A stretch of DNA of 64,000 nucleotides from NCBI GenBank assembly GCA_015057055.1, contig SVFE01000001.1:23944-87943 (forward strand), in the 5' to 3' direction. A program made the position numbers and the translations under genes. How positions within the stretch are numbered: the first letter of the stretch is position 1; each line of letters starts with the position of its first letter. Positions 27,391 to 36,635 of the stretch are shown piece after piece. The stretch is from Lachnospiraceae bacterium (GTDB lineage: Bacteria; Bacillota; Clostridia; Lachnospirales; Lachnospiraceae). The notes beneath the pieces are model-generated. The model made no database searches. It was not told where the DNA came from and worked only from the letters and a program-made list of their open reading frames with translations.

Positions 27391-28134
27391 ATGATTACGG
27401 GAACCATCTATAATGCGGGGAAAATGCTGGAAATGACACAAAAGTGGGAGCAAAAGAAAGCATCCGGTAATATCCTCGGAAAAGAGAAAAAGGAATTGTC
27501 ACCGGAAGAACAACAACTCAAAATGTATCAGGAACAGCTTGCGAGTATGCGGGAGGGAAACGAAGTCAGTGCCATATATGCAAAACTTCAAAGCGGTCAG
27601 GAACTGAGTCCGGAAGAAGAGGGAATCCTTCGTGAGAGAGACCCTAAACTGTACATGGAGTATAAGGCGGATCGAATGGAACAGGAAGCCTACGAGAAAG
27701 AGTTGAAAAATTGTAAGACAAAGGAAGAAGCGGAAAAACTTCATGTAAACCGAATGAACGGCAAGCTGTCTGAATTAAAATCAATTGTAAATAATCCGAA
27801 TATCCCTAAAAGTGAAAAAATAAAAGAGTCACAGAGAATTCTGGGAGACACTACGAAAACGGCGCAGATTTTTCAGATATTTACAAAAAGTGAGGAGTTT
27901 AAGAAACTGCCCACGGAAGAAGAAGCGGCGGAAAACAGCCGGGAAGAGGCGAATCTGCAAGAAGAGCAACCGCCGGTAGAAACGGATGAATATGCAGAGG
28001 TTACTTCAGATGGTGCTTCAGGTAGTGATAACGATAATAACATTTCGACGGAGGTATTGAAAGAAATGCTTGCGTTGGAGAAAAAGCATTTTGGAGAATT
28101 AAAAAAGACGGTAAAAATTGATGTCACAATCTAA
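27391..28134 (+). CDS. Uncharacterised coiled-coil protein F, ends IDVTI
   Basis: GGAGG SD overlapping the upstream stop; repeated ELSPEE; acidic tail. Confidence 0.7.
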   Translation: MITGTIYNAGKMLEMTQKWEQKKASGNILGKEKKELSPEEQQLKMYQEQLASMREGNEVSAIYAKLQSGQELSPEEEGILRERDPKLYMEYKADRMEQEAYEKELKNCKTKEEAEKLHVNRMNGKLSELKSIVNNPNIPKSEKIKESQRILGDTTKTAQIFQIFTKSEEFKKLPTEEEAAENSREEANLQEEQPPVETDEYAEVTSDGASGSDNDNNISTEVLKEMLALEKKHFGELKKTVKIDVTI

Positions 28135-28137
28135 TAA

Positions 28138-28166
28138 TTTACTTTTAAGCCCGAACATGGTATATT
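28138..28166 (+). promoter_or_regulatory. sigmaA-like promoter for ychF
   Basis: TTTACT, N17, TATATT with extended TG. Confidence 0.5.
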
Positions 28167-28284
28167 GATACTGTTGTGCGGGCTTATTTTTATGGAAAGA
28201 ACCCGGTGCACGTCATGAAATGAAACCAACAAAGGAAAATAAAAAAGCCGTAAAGCAGCGGTTTTTAAGGAGGAAATAGAAGCC

Positions 28285-29382
28285 ATGAAGCTCGGAATCG
28301 TGGGATTACCCAACGTAGGAAAATCAACTTTATTTAATTCGCTTACCAAGGCAGGGGCAGAATCTGCCAACTACCCGTTCTGTACCATTGACCCCAATGT
28401 AGGCGTGGTGGCAGTGCCGGATGAGAGAATCAAACTTTTGGGCAATATGTACCAGTCCAAGAAGGTGACTCCTGCGGTGATTGAATTTGTGGATATTGCA
28501 GGCTTGGTAAAAGGCGCATCCAAGGGAGAAGGTCTCGGAAATCAGTTCCTTGCCAACATTCGTGAAGTGGATGCCATTGTGCATGTGGTTCGTTGTTTTG
28601 AAGATGCCAATATCGTGCACGTAGATGGTAACATCAATCCCTTAAGAGACATTGAAACCATCAATTTAGAACTTTTATTCTCGGACCTTGAGATTTTGGA
28701 ACGAAGAATTGCCAAGACATCCAAGGGTGCAAAGAACGATAAAACCCAGGCGAAAGAGCTCGTGCTTTTGGAAGCGTTAAAGACTCACATGGAAGAAGGG
28801 GCGATGGCAAAGACCTATGAGCCCAAGGACGAAGATGAGGAGGCCTGGTTTGCGTCCTACAATTTATTGACCGCAAAGCCGGTGATTTATGCAGCCAATG
28901 TGGCAGAGGATGATTTGGCGGATGACGGCGTAAATAATGAGCAGGTAAAGGCGGTTCGTGAATATGCCAAAAACGAAGGCAGTGAAGTGTTTGTTATCTG
29001 CGCCCAGATTGAACAGGAAATCGCAGAGTTGGATGACGACGAGAAGATGATGTTCTTGGAGGATTTGGGATTAAAAGAGTCCGGATTGGACAAACTGATT
29101 GCAGCAAGCTATTCCTTGCTTGGACTGATTAGTTATCTGACCGCCGGAGAGGATGAGACCAGAGCATGGACCATCAAGGTGGGAACGAAAGCACCCCAGG
29201 CAGCAGGAAAGATTCATTCTGATTTCGAGCGTGGATTTATCCGGGCAGAAGTTGTAAATTACAAAGATTTGCTGGAACTTGGTTCTTTGGCGGCGGCCAA
29301 GGAAAAGGGCCTCGTGGGATTGGAAGGTAAGGAATACGTGGTGCAGGACGGAGACGTTATTTTGTTCCGCTTTAATGTGTAA
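28285..29382 (+). CDS. ychF: Redox-regulated ribosome-binding ATPase
   Basis: GIVGLPNVGKSTLFN, NYPFCTIDPN, DIAGLVKGA, GKIHSDFERGFIRAE, DGDVILFRFNV. Confidence 0.98.
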   Translation: MKLGIVGLPNVGKSTLFNSLTKAGAESANYPFCTIDPNVGVVAVPDERIKLLGNMYQSKKVTPAVIEFVDIAGLVKGASKGEGLGNQFLANIREVDAIVHVVRCFEDANIVHVDGNINPLRDIETINLELLFSDLEILERRIAKTSKGAKNDKTQAKELVLLEALKTHMEEGAMAKTYEPKDEDEEAWFASYNLLTAKPVIYAANVAEDDLADDGVNNEQVKAVREYAKNEGSEVFVICAQIEQEIAELDDDEKMMFLEDLGLKESGLDKLIAASYSLLGLISYLTAGEDETRAWTIKVGTKAPQAAGKIHSDFERGFIRAEVVNYKDLLELGSLAAAKEKGLVGLEGKEYVVQDGDVILFRFNV

Positions 29383-29450
29383 CCTTTTACTGTATAATAT
29401 GAAGTAGGTATCCTATTTGTATGAGATAAAATTAGTATACGATAAAACTG

Positions 29451-29477
29451 ACTGCCGGTTCTGCCGGCAGTGTTTTG
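29451..29477 (+). terminator. GC-rich hairpin between ychF and lgt, possible terminator
   Basis: ACTGCCGG-TTCTG-CCGGCAGT followed by GTTTTG (weak U tract). Confidence 0.5.
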
Positions 29478-29496
29478 TAAGAAGGAAGGTATAAAG

Positions 29497-30402
29497 ATGT
29501 CGATTGGAATGAGTGATACGGAAGGAACGTTTCCGGACTGGATGGGCGATACGGACATTGCATTTCCGGGACTTGGGATTTATCTTGAAAACGTGCCGAA
29601 AACATTTGAAATCTTCGGGGTAACCATTGCCTGGTACGGCGTATTGATTGGGATTGGAATGCTTTTGGCTTTTGTACTAATCAGTCATGTGGCAAAAAAA
29701 CAGAAAATGAATCCGGATGATTTTTATGATGTGGGACTTTATATTTTGATTTTCGGAATTTTGGGTGCCCGGCTTTATTATGTCATTTTCTCGTGGGATT
29801 ATTATAAAGATAATCTGTCGAGTATTTTTAATATCCGCCAGGGCGGTCTTGCCATTTACGGCGGTCTGATTGCCGGTTTTGCAACCATGATTATATATTG
29901 TATCCGGAAAAAGAAAAATATGTTTGCCATGATGGATGTAGGCGTTTTGGGCGTTTTGGTAGGACAGATTCTCGGACGCTGGGGCAATTTTATGAACCGG
30001 GAAGCCTTCGGGGATTATTCGGACGGCTTGTTTGCCATGCGTCTTCCGGTAGCGGCGGTGCGCAGCGGTGAAATTACCGATACCATGCGGGCCCATATGA
30101 CGGAAGGGTCTAATTACATTCAGGTGCATCCCACCTTTTTATATGAAAGTATGTATAATCTGGCGTTGCTTATATTGATATACTTCCTGCAGGGAAAGAA
30201 ACGGTTTGAAGGGGAAGTTGCATTGTGGTATATCGGCGGCTACGGAATCGGGCGTTTCTTTATTGAAGGCCTACGTACGGACCAGCTTCTGCTTCCGGGA
30301 ACCCATCTTCCGGTATCCCAAATGCTTGGAATTATCCTGTTTACGGCGGCATTGCTTACCGATATTATCGTACGAAAAAAGCAGAAAATGGCTACAAAAT
30401 AG
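29497..30402 (+). CDS. lgt: Prolipoprotein diacylglyceryl transferase
   Basis: IAWYG, GARLYYV, GGLAIYGG, GRWGNFMNREAFG, HPTFLYES. Confidence 0.96.
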   Translation: MSIGMSDTEGTFPDWMGDTDIAFPGLGIYLENVPKTFEIFGVTIAWYGVLIGIGMLLAFVLISHVAKKQKMNPDDFYDVGLYILIFGILGARLYYVIFSWDYYKDNLSSIFNIRQGGLAIYGGLIAGFATMIIYCIRKKKNMFAMMDVGVLGVLVGQILGRWGNFMNREAFGDYSDGLFAMRLPVAAVRSGEITDTMRAHMTEGSNYIQVHPTFLYESMYNLALLILIYFLQGKKRFEGEVALWYIGGYGIGRFFIEGLRTDQLLLPGTHLPVSQMLGIILFTAALLTDIIVRKKQKMATK

Positions 30403-30443
30403 TGGTCATATTTTATAAAAACACAAGATATAGTGAAAGTGAT

Positions 30444-30473
30444 AAAAATACGCTTTTTAAGCGTATTTTTTTT
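30444..30473. terminator. Terminator hairpin after lgt
   Basis: AAAAATACGCTT-TTT-AAGCGTATTTTT plus further Ts. Confidence 0.75.
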
Positions 30474-30494
30474 GTACATTTTTTCAAAAAAACC

Positions 30495-30568
30495 TTGTCA
30501 AAGCTAAAAAATGGGTATAAAATGATGACTAAGTGGTGAAAAGTGGAGTAAAGGTGGTAAAAAGTGGA
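30495..30568 (+). promoter_or_regulatory. dcw promoter with four MraZ-binding boxes
   Basis: TTGTCA, N17, TAAAAT; GTGG repeats at 30533, 30543, 30554, 30564 (10-11 bp period), the known MraZ operator layout. Confidence 0.85.
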
Positions 30569-30611
30569 GAATTAGAAAAAATTTCACTACATTTCCAGGA
30601 AAGGGTGGAAC

Positions 30612-31043
30612 ATGTTTAAAGGCGAGTATAGTCACACAATTGATACCAAAGGCCGTATTATTGTTCCCGTGAAGCTTAGAGAAGCCCTCGGGGATAGTTT
30701 TGTTGTGACGAAAGGTTTGGACGGATGCCTTTGGATGTTCGATAATGCAGCCTGGGAAAGTGTGGAAAAAGAAATTCAGGCAATGCCCTTTACTTTGAAA
30801 GAAGCCCGTATTTTGGCAAGATTTATGATTGCCGGTGCATCGGATGGCGAATTGGACAAGCAGGGACGTATCTTGGTTCCCCCCAATTTGCGTGAATATG
30901 CACAACTGGACAAAGAGGTCGTTCTCTCCGGTGTCGGAAGCCGCGTGGAAATCTGGTCGAAAGAAAGATACAACGCGATTACGGATTATGAAGATATGGA
31001 TATGATTGCTGAGAAACTGATTGATTTGGGATTTCGGTTGTAA
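30612..31043 (+). CDS. mraZ: Division/cell-wall cluster repressor
   Basis: [30 protein letters not shown]. Confidence 0.97.
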   Translation: MFKGEYSHTIDTKGRIIVPVKLREALGDSFVVTKGLDGCLWMFDNAAWESVEKEIQAMPFTLKEARILARFMIAGASDGELDKQGRILVPPNLREYAQLDKEVVLSGVGSRVEIWSKERYNAITDYEDMDMIAEKLIDLGFRL

Positions 31044-31069
31044 TCCGGGAGCAGCACAGGAGGAATGAG

Positions 31070-32032
31070 ATGGAGTTTGCACACATTTCCGTGCTTTTAG
31101 AGGAGACGATAGAGGCACTGAACATTAAGCCGGATGGCGCATATTTGGACGGAACTTTGGGTGGCGCAGGCCACTCCGGAGAAATTGTAAAACGTTTGAC
31201 AAAGAACGGACATTTGTACGGAACCGACCAGGACGGCGATGCAATCGCGGTTGCATCGGAACGTTTAAAACCTTATCAGGAGCAGGTGACGATAATCCGC
31301 TGCAACTACCAGGAAGCGGTAGAACAGTTGAAAAGCCGGGGCGTGAGCGGTTTAGATGGAATCCTGTTGGACCTTGGGGTGTCATCTTACCAGTTGGATA
31401 CCGCAGAACGAGGATTTTCCTATCACACGGATACGGTTTTGGATATGCGGATGGACACAAGACAATCCCTGACGGCAAAAGAAATTGTTAATACCTATGA
31501 CGAAATGCAGTTGTTTCGCATGATTCGGGATTACGGCGAGGACAAGTTTGCGAAAAACATTGCAAAGCATATTGTACGAGCAAGAAGTGAGAAACCGATT
31601 GAAACAACCTTTGAATTAAATGAAATTATTAAAGCGGCGATTCCTGCAAAGATGCGAGCGGAAGGCGGACATCCTTCCAAGAGAACATTTCAGGCAATTC
31701 GAATTGAATGTAACCGGGAATTGGAAGTGCTTCGCAATTCCTTGGAAGCAATGGTGGATTTTTTGAATCCCGGAGGTCGAATCGCAATTATTACATTCCA
31801 GTCTTTGGAGGACCGCATTGTAAAAAATATGTTCCGGGACATGCAAAATCCCTGTACCTGTCCGGCATCCCTGCCTATGTGTGTATGCGGAAAACAGTCC
31901 AAAGGATGGGTAGTTACAAGAAAACCGATTTTACCGTCAGATGAGGAAATTGAGCGAAACCGTCGGTCCAAATCGGCAAAATTGAGAGTGTTTGAAAAGG
32001 CCCAAGACGGAACGAGGGCATCAGAAATATAA
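31070..32032 (+). CDS. rsmH: 16S rRNA m4C1402 methyltransferase
   Basis: [44 protein letters not shown]. Confidence 0.97.
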   Translation: MEFAHISVLLEETIEALNIKPDGAYLDGTLGGAGHSGEIVKRLTKNGHLYGTDQDGDAIAVASERLKPYQEQVTIIRCNYQEAVEQLKSRGVSGLDGILLDLGVSSYQLDTAERGFSYHTDTVLDMRMDTRQSLTAKEIVNTYDEMQLFRMIRDYGEDKFAKNIAKHIVRARSEKPIETTFELNEIIKAAIPAKMRAEGGHPSKRTFQAIRIECNRELEVLRNSLEAMVDFLNPGGRIAIITFQSLEDRIVKNMFRDMQNPCTCPASLPMCVCGKQSKGWVVTRKPILPSDEEIERNRRSKSAKLRVFEKAQDGTRASEI

Positions 32033-32071
32033 GCAAGGAAGCGAAAAGAAAGGCTTCGGAACGGAGTAGAA

Positions 32072-32503
32072 ATGGCAAGAAGAGCAGAATATGTATATGG
32101 ATCCGCAGCGCGGCAGTATGCACCGGCACCGAAAAAAGAAGCGGTAGAAAGAGTACAGGTAAGAAACAATACACAAAAGGCTGTACATATGTCCCTTCCA
32201 TATGGTATCTTTTTAGTAGCGGCTTTAATTTTTGCAGCAGCTATTTTGGTGCAATACGTACAGTTGCAGTCGGATATCATCAGCAATCGGAAACACTGCG
32301 CTTCTTTGCAGAATGAATATGAAGATCTTCGTTTATCCAATGATTTGTATTATGACAGCATTATGAGTTCTGTGGATATTCGTGAAATCGAGCGTATCGC
32401 AGTAGAAGAATTGGGAATGCATCTTGCCGGAGAAGGCCAGATTATCACCTATTCCGGCGATATAGAGGATTATGTAAGGCAGTATGAAGATATCCCGGAA
32501 TAG
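32072..32503 (+). CDS. ftsL: Cell division protein FtsL-like
   Basis: One TM, coiled coil, IERIAVEELGM; between rsmH and the PBP gene. Confidence 0.8.
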   Translation: MARRAEYVYGSAARQYAPAPKKEAVERVQVRNNTQKAVHMSLPYGIFLVAALIFAAAILVQYVQLQSDIISNRKHCASLQNEYEDLRLSNDLYYDSIMSSVDIREIERIAVEELGMHLAGEGQIITYSGDIEDYVRQYEDIPE

Positions 32504-32535
32504 AGTCGTAGGACTTGAATCTAGGAGTGAATAAA

Positions 32536-34773
32536 GTGAAAAATAACAGAGAACAGAGACCGGTTCGTAAGAATGAAATAAGAGATTATACCAAGAGAAA
32601 ACTGGTAGTACTATACGTTTTAGTGCTACTGGTTTTTGCTGTGTTAATGGCAAGATTGGTATCGATTACCAGTGATAACGGGGATCAATACAAACGCCAG
32701 ATTTTGTCCCAGCAGGCCTATGACAGTGTGACGCTGCCTTATCAGCGCGGAGCCATCGTAGACCGAAACGGTACCGTTTTGGCATACAGTGAAATCGTGT
32801 ATAATGTGATTTTGGATTCTAAGCTCATGCGGTCGGATGCGGATGCATTAGAGCCTACTTTGGTAGCATTGCAGACCTGCTTTGGAATCAATCCTTCGGA
32901 AGTCAGAACCTACATTTCCGAGAATCCGGACTCGGGATACCATATTTTGCTCAAGCAGCTGACCTATGATCAGATTCGGGAATATACAGAGCTTCGGGAT
33001 GCGGAAGACAGCCAGATTAATGCTTCCGGTATTTGGTTTGAGGAAGAGTACAAGCGGGTGTATCCGTACGGTTCATTGGCTTGCGATGCACTGGGCTTTA
33101 CTACCATGGAAGGCGGACAGTATGGTCTGGAAGAATATTATAACGATATTTTGTCCGGAAGGAACGGTCGGGAATACGGTTATCTTTCGGATGAAAACGC
33201 TTTGGAGCGGACGATTATTCCGGCAGAAAACGGAAATACCATCGTAACGACATTGGATACTTATATCCAGACCGTGGTGGAAAACAGTATTTTGGAATTT
33301 AATGAAGAACATTACGGCGAGTACCGTGAAGGCGAATGGGGTTCGGATAATACCGGCGTCATTATCATGGAAGTGGATACGGGGGAAATTCTGGCGATGG
33401 CCAGTTTCCCGAATTACGATTTGAACAATCCTTATGATATCAGTACTTATTATTCGGAAGAACAGATTGCTTTGATGCAGGAAGAGGAAACCTATTACTC
33501 TACACTGAACCAGTTATGGAAGAATTACTGTATTTCCGAGTCCTATGAACCGGGAAGCGTCTGCAAGACATTTACCATGGCTTCTGCTTTGGATTGCGGT
33601 GCCATTTTGCCTACGGACACTTTTTTCTGCGGCGGATTTTTGCAATTCGGACAAGGGGATGATATGGTTACCATCCGTTGTCATAACCGGTACGGAGAAG
33701 GGGAACTTACCCTGCGCCAGGCCCTTGGAGAATCCTGTAACGTATGCCTTATGCAAATCGGTCAGCGTATGGGCGCGGCAACGTACCTTGAATATTTCCG
33801 GAATTTCAATTTTGGTTTAAAAACGAATGTGGACCTGGCGGGCGAGATGAGAACGGATTCCCTGGTGTTTAATCTGGATACCATGGGACCTACCGAACTT
33901 GCAACATCGACCTTTGGACAGGGTTATAATGTTACCATGATACAGACCATTTCAGCATTTTGTTCTCTGGTGAACGGTGGATATTATTACCAGCCGCACA
34001 TGGTCAGCCGTATCGTTGATGACGAAGGCGCTACGGTAGAGAATGTGGAACCGGTTCTTTTGCGTCAGACGGTATCGGAGACGGTGTCGGATATTATGAT
34101 TGATTATTGTATCGGCGTAGTAGAAGAGGGAACCGGTACGTATGCAAGACCGGCAGGATATCGCATCGGCGGAAAGACCGGTACGGCAGAGCATTCCGGT
34201 GACGGTAAGCAGGATTACGTTGTTTCCTTTATGGGATTTGCGCCTGCAGATGATCCGCAGATTGCAATTTACGTGGTTATCGACAGACCGAATGCACCGG
34301 AACAGGATTTGGCAACTCGTTATGCATGTCTCCTATGCAGGGATATTTTGACGGATGTGCTGCCCTATCTGCACATTTTTATGACGGAAGAATTGTCGGA
34401 AAGTGAAATTGAGGAATTGGAAGAGGCCGGTCATAATACGGCAATTCTTACCCAGCCCTCTGCTTCGGAAAATGCTGTTTCGGAAAATGCCGTATCCGGA
34501 AATGAAGCCGGAGAAGGAACCGGTGAAGAGCCGGAATATATTGAATTAGATATCCCGGGCAGCGAAGATTCGCAGGGAACCGGGCCGGAGATAGAAGTCA
34601 TTATTGACCCAGAGACCGGATACGCCATTGATCCTTTAAACGGGGAATATCTGGATCCGGAAACGGGCGTCCCCATTGACCCGAATTCATCCATTTTCCA
34701 ATACGGTGATGAGGATGGAAACGCTGAGGGAACGGAGGATACCTCCGGAGAAGATGCGACGGTGAGTGAATAA
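32536..34773 (+). CDS. ftsI: Class B penicillin-binding protein (FtsI/PBP2B-like) with acidic tail
   Basis: RGAIVDRNG, YEPGSVCK (SxxK), SCN, KTGTAE; AGGAG SD before GTG 32536. Confidence 0.8.
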   Translation: MKNNREQRPVRKNEIRDYTKRKLVVLYVLVLLVFAVLMARLVSITSDNGDQYKRQILSQQAYDSVTLPYQRGAIVDRNGTVLAYSEIVYNVILDSKLMRSDADALEPTLVALQTCFGINPSEVRTYISENPDSGYHILLKQLTYDQIREYTELRDAEDSQINASGIWFEEEYKRVYPYGSLACDALGFTTMEGGQYGLEEYYNDILSGRNGREYGYLSDENALERTIIPAENGNTIVTTLDTYIQTVVENSILEFNEEHYGEYREGEWGSDNTGVIIMEVDTGEILAMASFPNYDLNNPYDISTYYSEEQIALMQEEETYYSTLNQLWKNYCISESYEPGSVCKTFTMASALDCGAILPTDTFFCGGFLQFGQGDDMVTIRCHNRYGEGELTLRQALGESCNVCLMQIGQRMGAATYLEYFRNFNFGLKTNVDLAGEMRTDSLVFNLDTMGPTELATSTFGQGYNVTMIQTISAFCSLVNGGYYYQPHMVSRIVDDEGATVENVEPVLLRQTVSETVSDIMIDYCIGVVEEGTGTYARPAGYRIGGKTGTAEHSGDGKQDYVVSFMGFAPADDPQIAIYVVIDRPNAPEQDLATRYACLLCRDILTDVLPYLHIFMTEELSESEIEELEEAGHNTAILTQPSASENAVSENAVSGNEAGEGTGEEPEYIELDIPGSEDSQGTGPEIEVIIDPETGYAIDPLNGEYLDPETGVPIDPNSSIFQYGDEDGNAEGTEDTSGEDATVSE

Positions 34774-34778
34774 AATGA

Positions 34779-34827
34779 ATAACCTTTTTCTCACGGTAAT
34801 AGATTTTACTAAGGAAAGAAAAAGGTT
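34779..34827 (+). promoter_or_regulatory. sigmaE-like promoter nested in an 11-bp inverted repeat that covers the spoVD SD
   Basis: ATA (34779-81), N16, AATAGATT (34798-805); AACCTTTTTCT (34781-91) pairs perfectly with AGAAAAAGGTT (34817-27). Confidence 0.5.
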
Positions 34828-34833
34828 GCCGAT

Positions 34834-36561
34834 ATGGAACAGTGGGAAAACAGTAACCGATTTTATCATCGTAAGAAGATGATTGTCTTTGGCGCAGCGG
34901 CACTGGGAATTACCGTTATGCTGGTACTGCGTCTCGGATATCTTATGATATTTGCCTCAGCCTATTATGAGGAACGGGCAATTGAAGTACATGAGCGTGA
35001 AAGAGACATTAAAGCGGCCAGAGGCAGAATTATAGACGTAAACGGAGTGGTACTTGCAGATAATACAACTGTTTGTACCATTTCTGTGATTCACAGCCAA
35101 ATAGAGGACCCGGAAGCTGTTATTGAAATGCTTTGCAGAGAATTATCTCTTTCCGAGGAATATGTTCGGGAAAGAGTGGAAAAATATACATCAATCGAAA
35201 GAATTCTAAGCAATGTAGATAAGGAAACAGGAGACCGGATTCGCAGCTATCAGATGGCCGGAGTCAAAGTGGATGAGGACTACCGCAGGTATTATCCTTA
35301 TGATGACCTGGCGGCGAAGGTACTGGGATTTACGGGAGGCGACAATCAGGGAATTATCGGATTGGAAGTAATGTATGAGGAGTATTTGCGTGGTACTCCG
35401 GGACAGATTCTGACGGTTACGGACGCCTCCGGCTTGGAATTGGCGTCAGAAGGGGAGCGGAGAATTGAGCCGATTCCCGGGGATGATTTGATTATCAGCT
35501 TGGATTATAATATCCAATGCTATGCGCAGCAGCTTGCGTATCAGGCGCTGGAAGCGAAAGGCGCGGAAGGGGTCTCCATTTTGGTCATGAATCCCCAAAA
35601 CGGAGAAATTCTGGCAATGGTCAGCGTACCGGAGTTTCATCTGAATGAACCGTTTATGCTGGTCAGCGGAAATGCGGCGGAACTGTCGGAAGAAGAACGC
35701 CAGGATGCGTTAAACGAAATGTGGAGAAACGACTGCGTCAGTGACACCTACGAGCCGGGTTCGATTTTTAAGATTATAACGGCGGCCGCAGCATTGGAAG
35801 AGGGCGTGGTGAGCCTGGAGGACAGTTTTCATTGTCCCGGCTATGTCATTGTGGAGGACCGAAGAATACGCTGTCATGAGACGGACGGTCACGGTTCCCA
35901 GACATTTACGGAAGCCATCTGCAATTCCTGTAATCCGGCCTTTGTAAATATCGGACACCGTCTTGGCGTGGAGACTTATTATGATTATTTTCAGCAGTTT
36001 CGGCTGTTGGAACGTACGGGCATCGATTTGCCGGGAGAGGCCGGTACGATTATGCATGCCGAGGAAAATATAGGGCCGACGGAACTGGCAACCATTTCCT
36101 TTGGCCAATCCTTTCAGATTACACCCATTCAGCTGGCAACTACCGTTTCCTCCATTATTAACGGCGGAAGGCGCGTGACACCGCATTTTGGTTTGTACAC
36201 CAGATCGGCGGCAGGAGAAATCACCAATATTTTTGATTATCCGGTGACGGAGGGAATTGTAAGTACGGAAACCTCGGAAACCATGCGCATGCTTTTAGAA
36301 CAGGTAGTGGCAGTCGGCGGCGGGCATAATGCCTATATTGAAGGCTTTCGAATCGGAGGAAAGACCGCTACCAGCCAGACCTTACCCCGAAACAACGGAG
36401 TTTATATCTCCTCTTTCCTTGGATTTGCACCGGCAGAGAATCCGACGGTTTTGGCAATCGCCATTGTGGACCATCCACAGGGGGTGTACTACGGCAGTCA
36501 GGTGGCAGCGCCTATCGTACGGCAATTATTTGAAAATATCCTTCCGTATCTGGCGGAATAG
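34834..36561 (+). CDS. spoVD: Sporulation class B PBP
   Basis: Second class B PBP in tandem: YEPGSIFK, SCN, KTATSQ; position between ftsI and mraY. Confidence 0.8.
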   Translation: MEQWENSNRFYHRKKMIVFGAAALGITVMLVLRLGYLMIFASAYYEERAIEVHERERDIKAARGRIIDVNGVVLADNTTVCTISVIHSQIEDPEAVIEMLCRELSLSEEYVRERVEKYTSIERILSNVDKETGDRIRSYQMAGVKVDEDYRRYYPYDDLAAKVLGFTGGDNQGIIGLEVMYEEYLRGTPGQILTVTDASGLELASEGERRIEPIPGDDLIISLDYNIQCYAQQLAYQALEAKGAEGVSILVMNPQNGEILAMVSVPEFHLNEPFMLVSGNAAELSEEERQDALNEMWRNDCVSDTYEPGSIFKIITAAAALEEGVVSLEDSFHCPGYVIVEDRRIRCHETDGHGSQTFTEAICNSCNPAFVNIGHRLGVETYYDYFQQFRLLERTGIDLPGEAGTIMHAEENIGPTELATISFGQSFQITPIQLATTVSSIINGGRRVTPHFGLYTRSAAGEITNIFDYPVTEGIVSTETSETMRMLLEQVVAVGGGHNAYIEGFRIGGKTATSQTLPRNNGVYISSFLGFAPAENPTVLAIAIVDHPQGVYYGSQVAAPIVRQLFENILPYLAE

Positions 36562-36635
36562 ATTTATAATAGAAACGGTATGCTTGACCTTGGGAAGGCA
36601 ACCGATGGATACCGAAAAGAAAGGGAACAAAAAAC

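Noticed and set aside
16966-28284. Accessory block as a prophage, ICE or transposon
   Set aside because: No integrase, transposase, phage or conjugation gene, no tRNA target, and no flanking att-like repeats seen.
29439-29445. ACGATAA as a fourth sigma28 promoter before lgt
   Set aside because: No TAAA-like -35 at the right spacing, no upstream repeats, and a TATAAT at 29393 offers a simpler explanation.
30533-30568. Short periodic GTGG repeats as a novel repeat or CRISPR-like array
   Set aside because: They match the known MraZ operator; no spacers or cas genes.
34828-34835. GCCGATAT, a perfect SigD -10
   Set aside because: It overlaps the spoVD start codon, so it could not produce a translatable spoVD mRNA; treated as chance.
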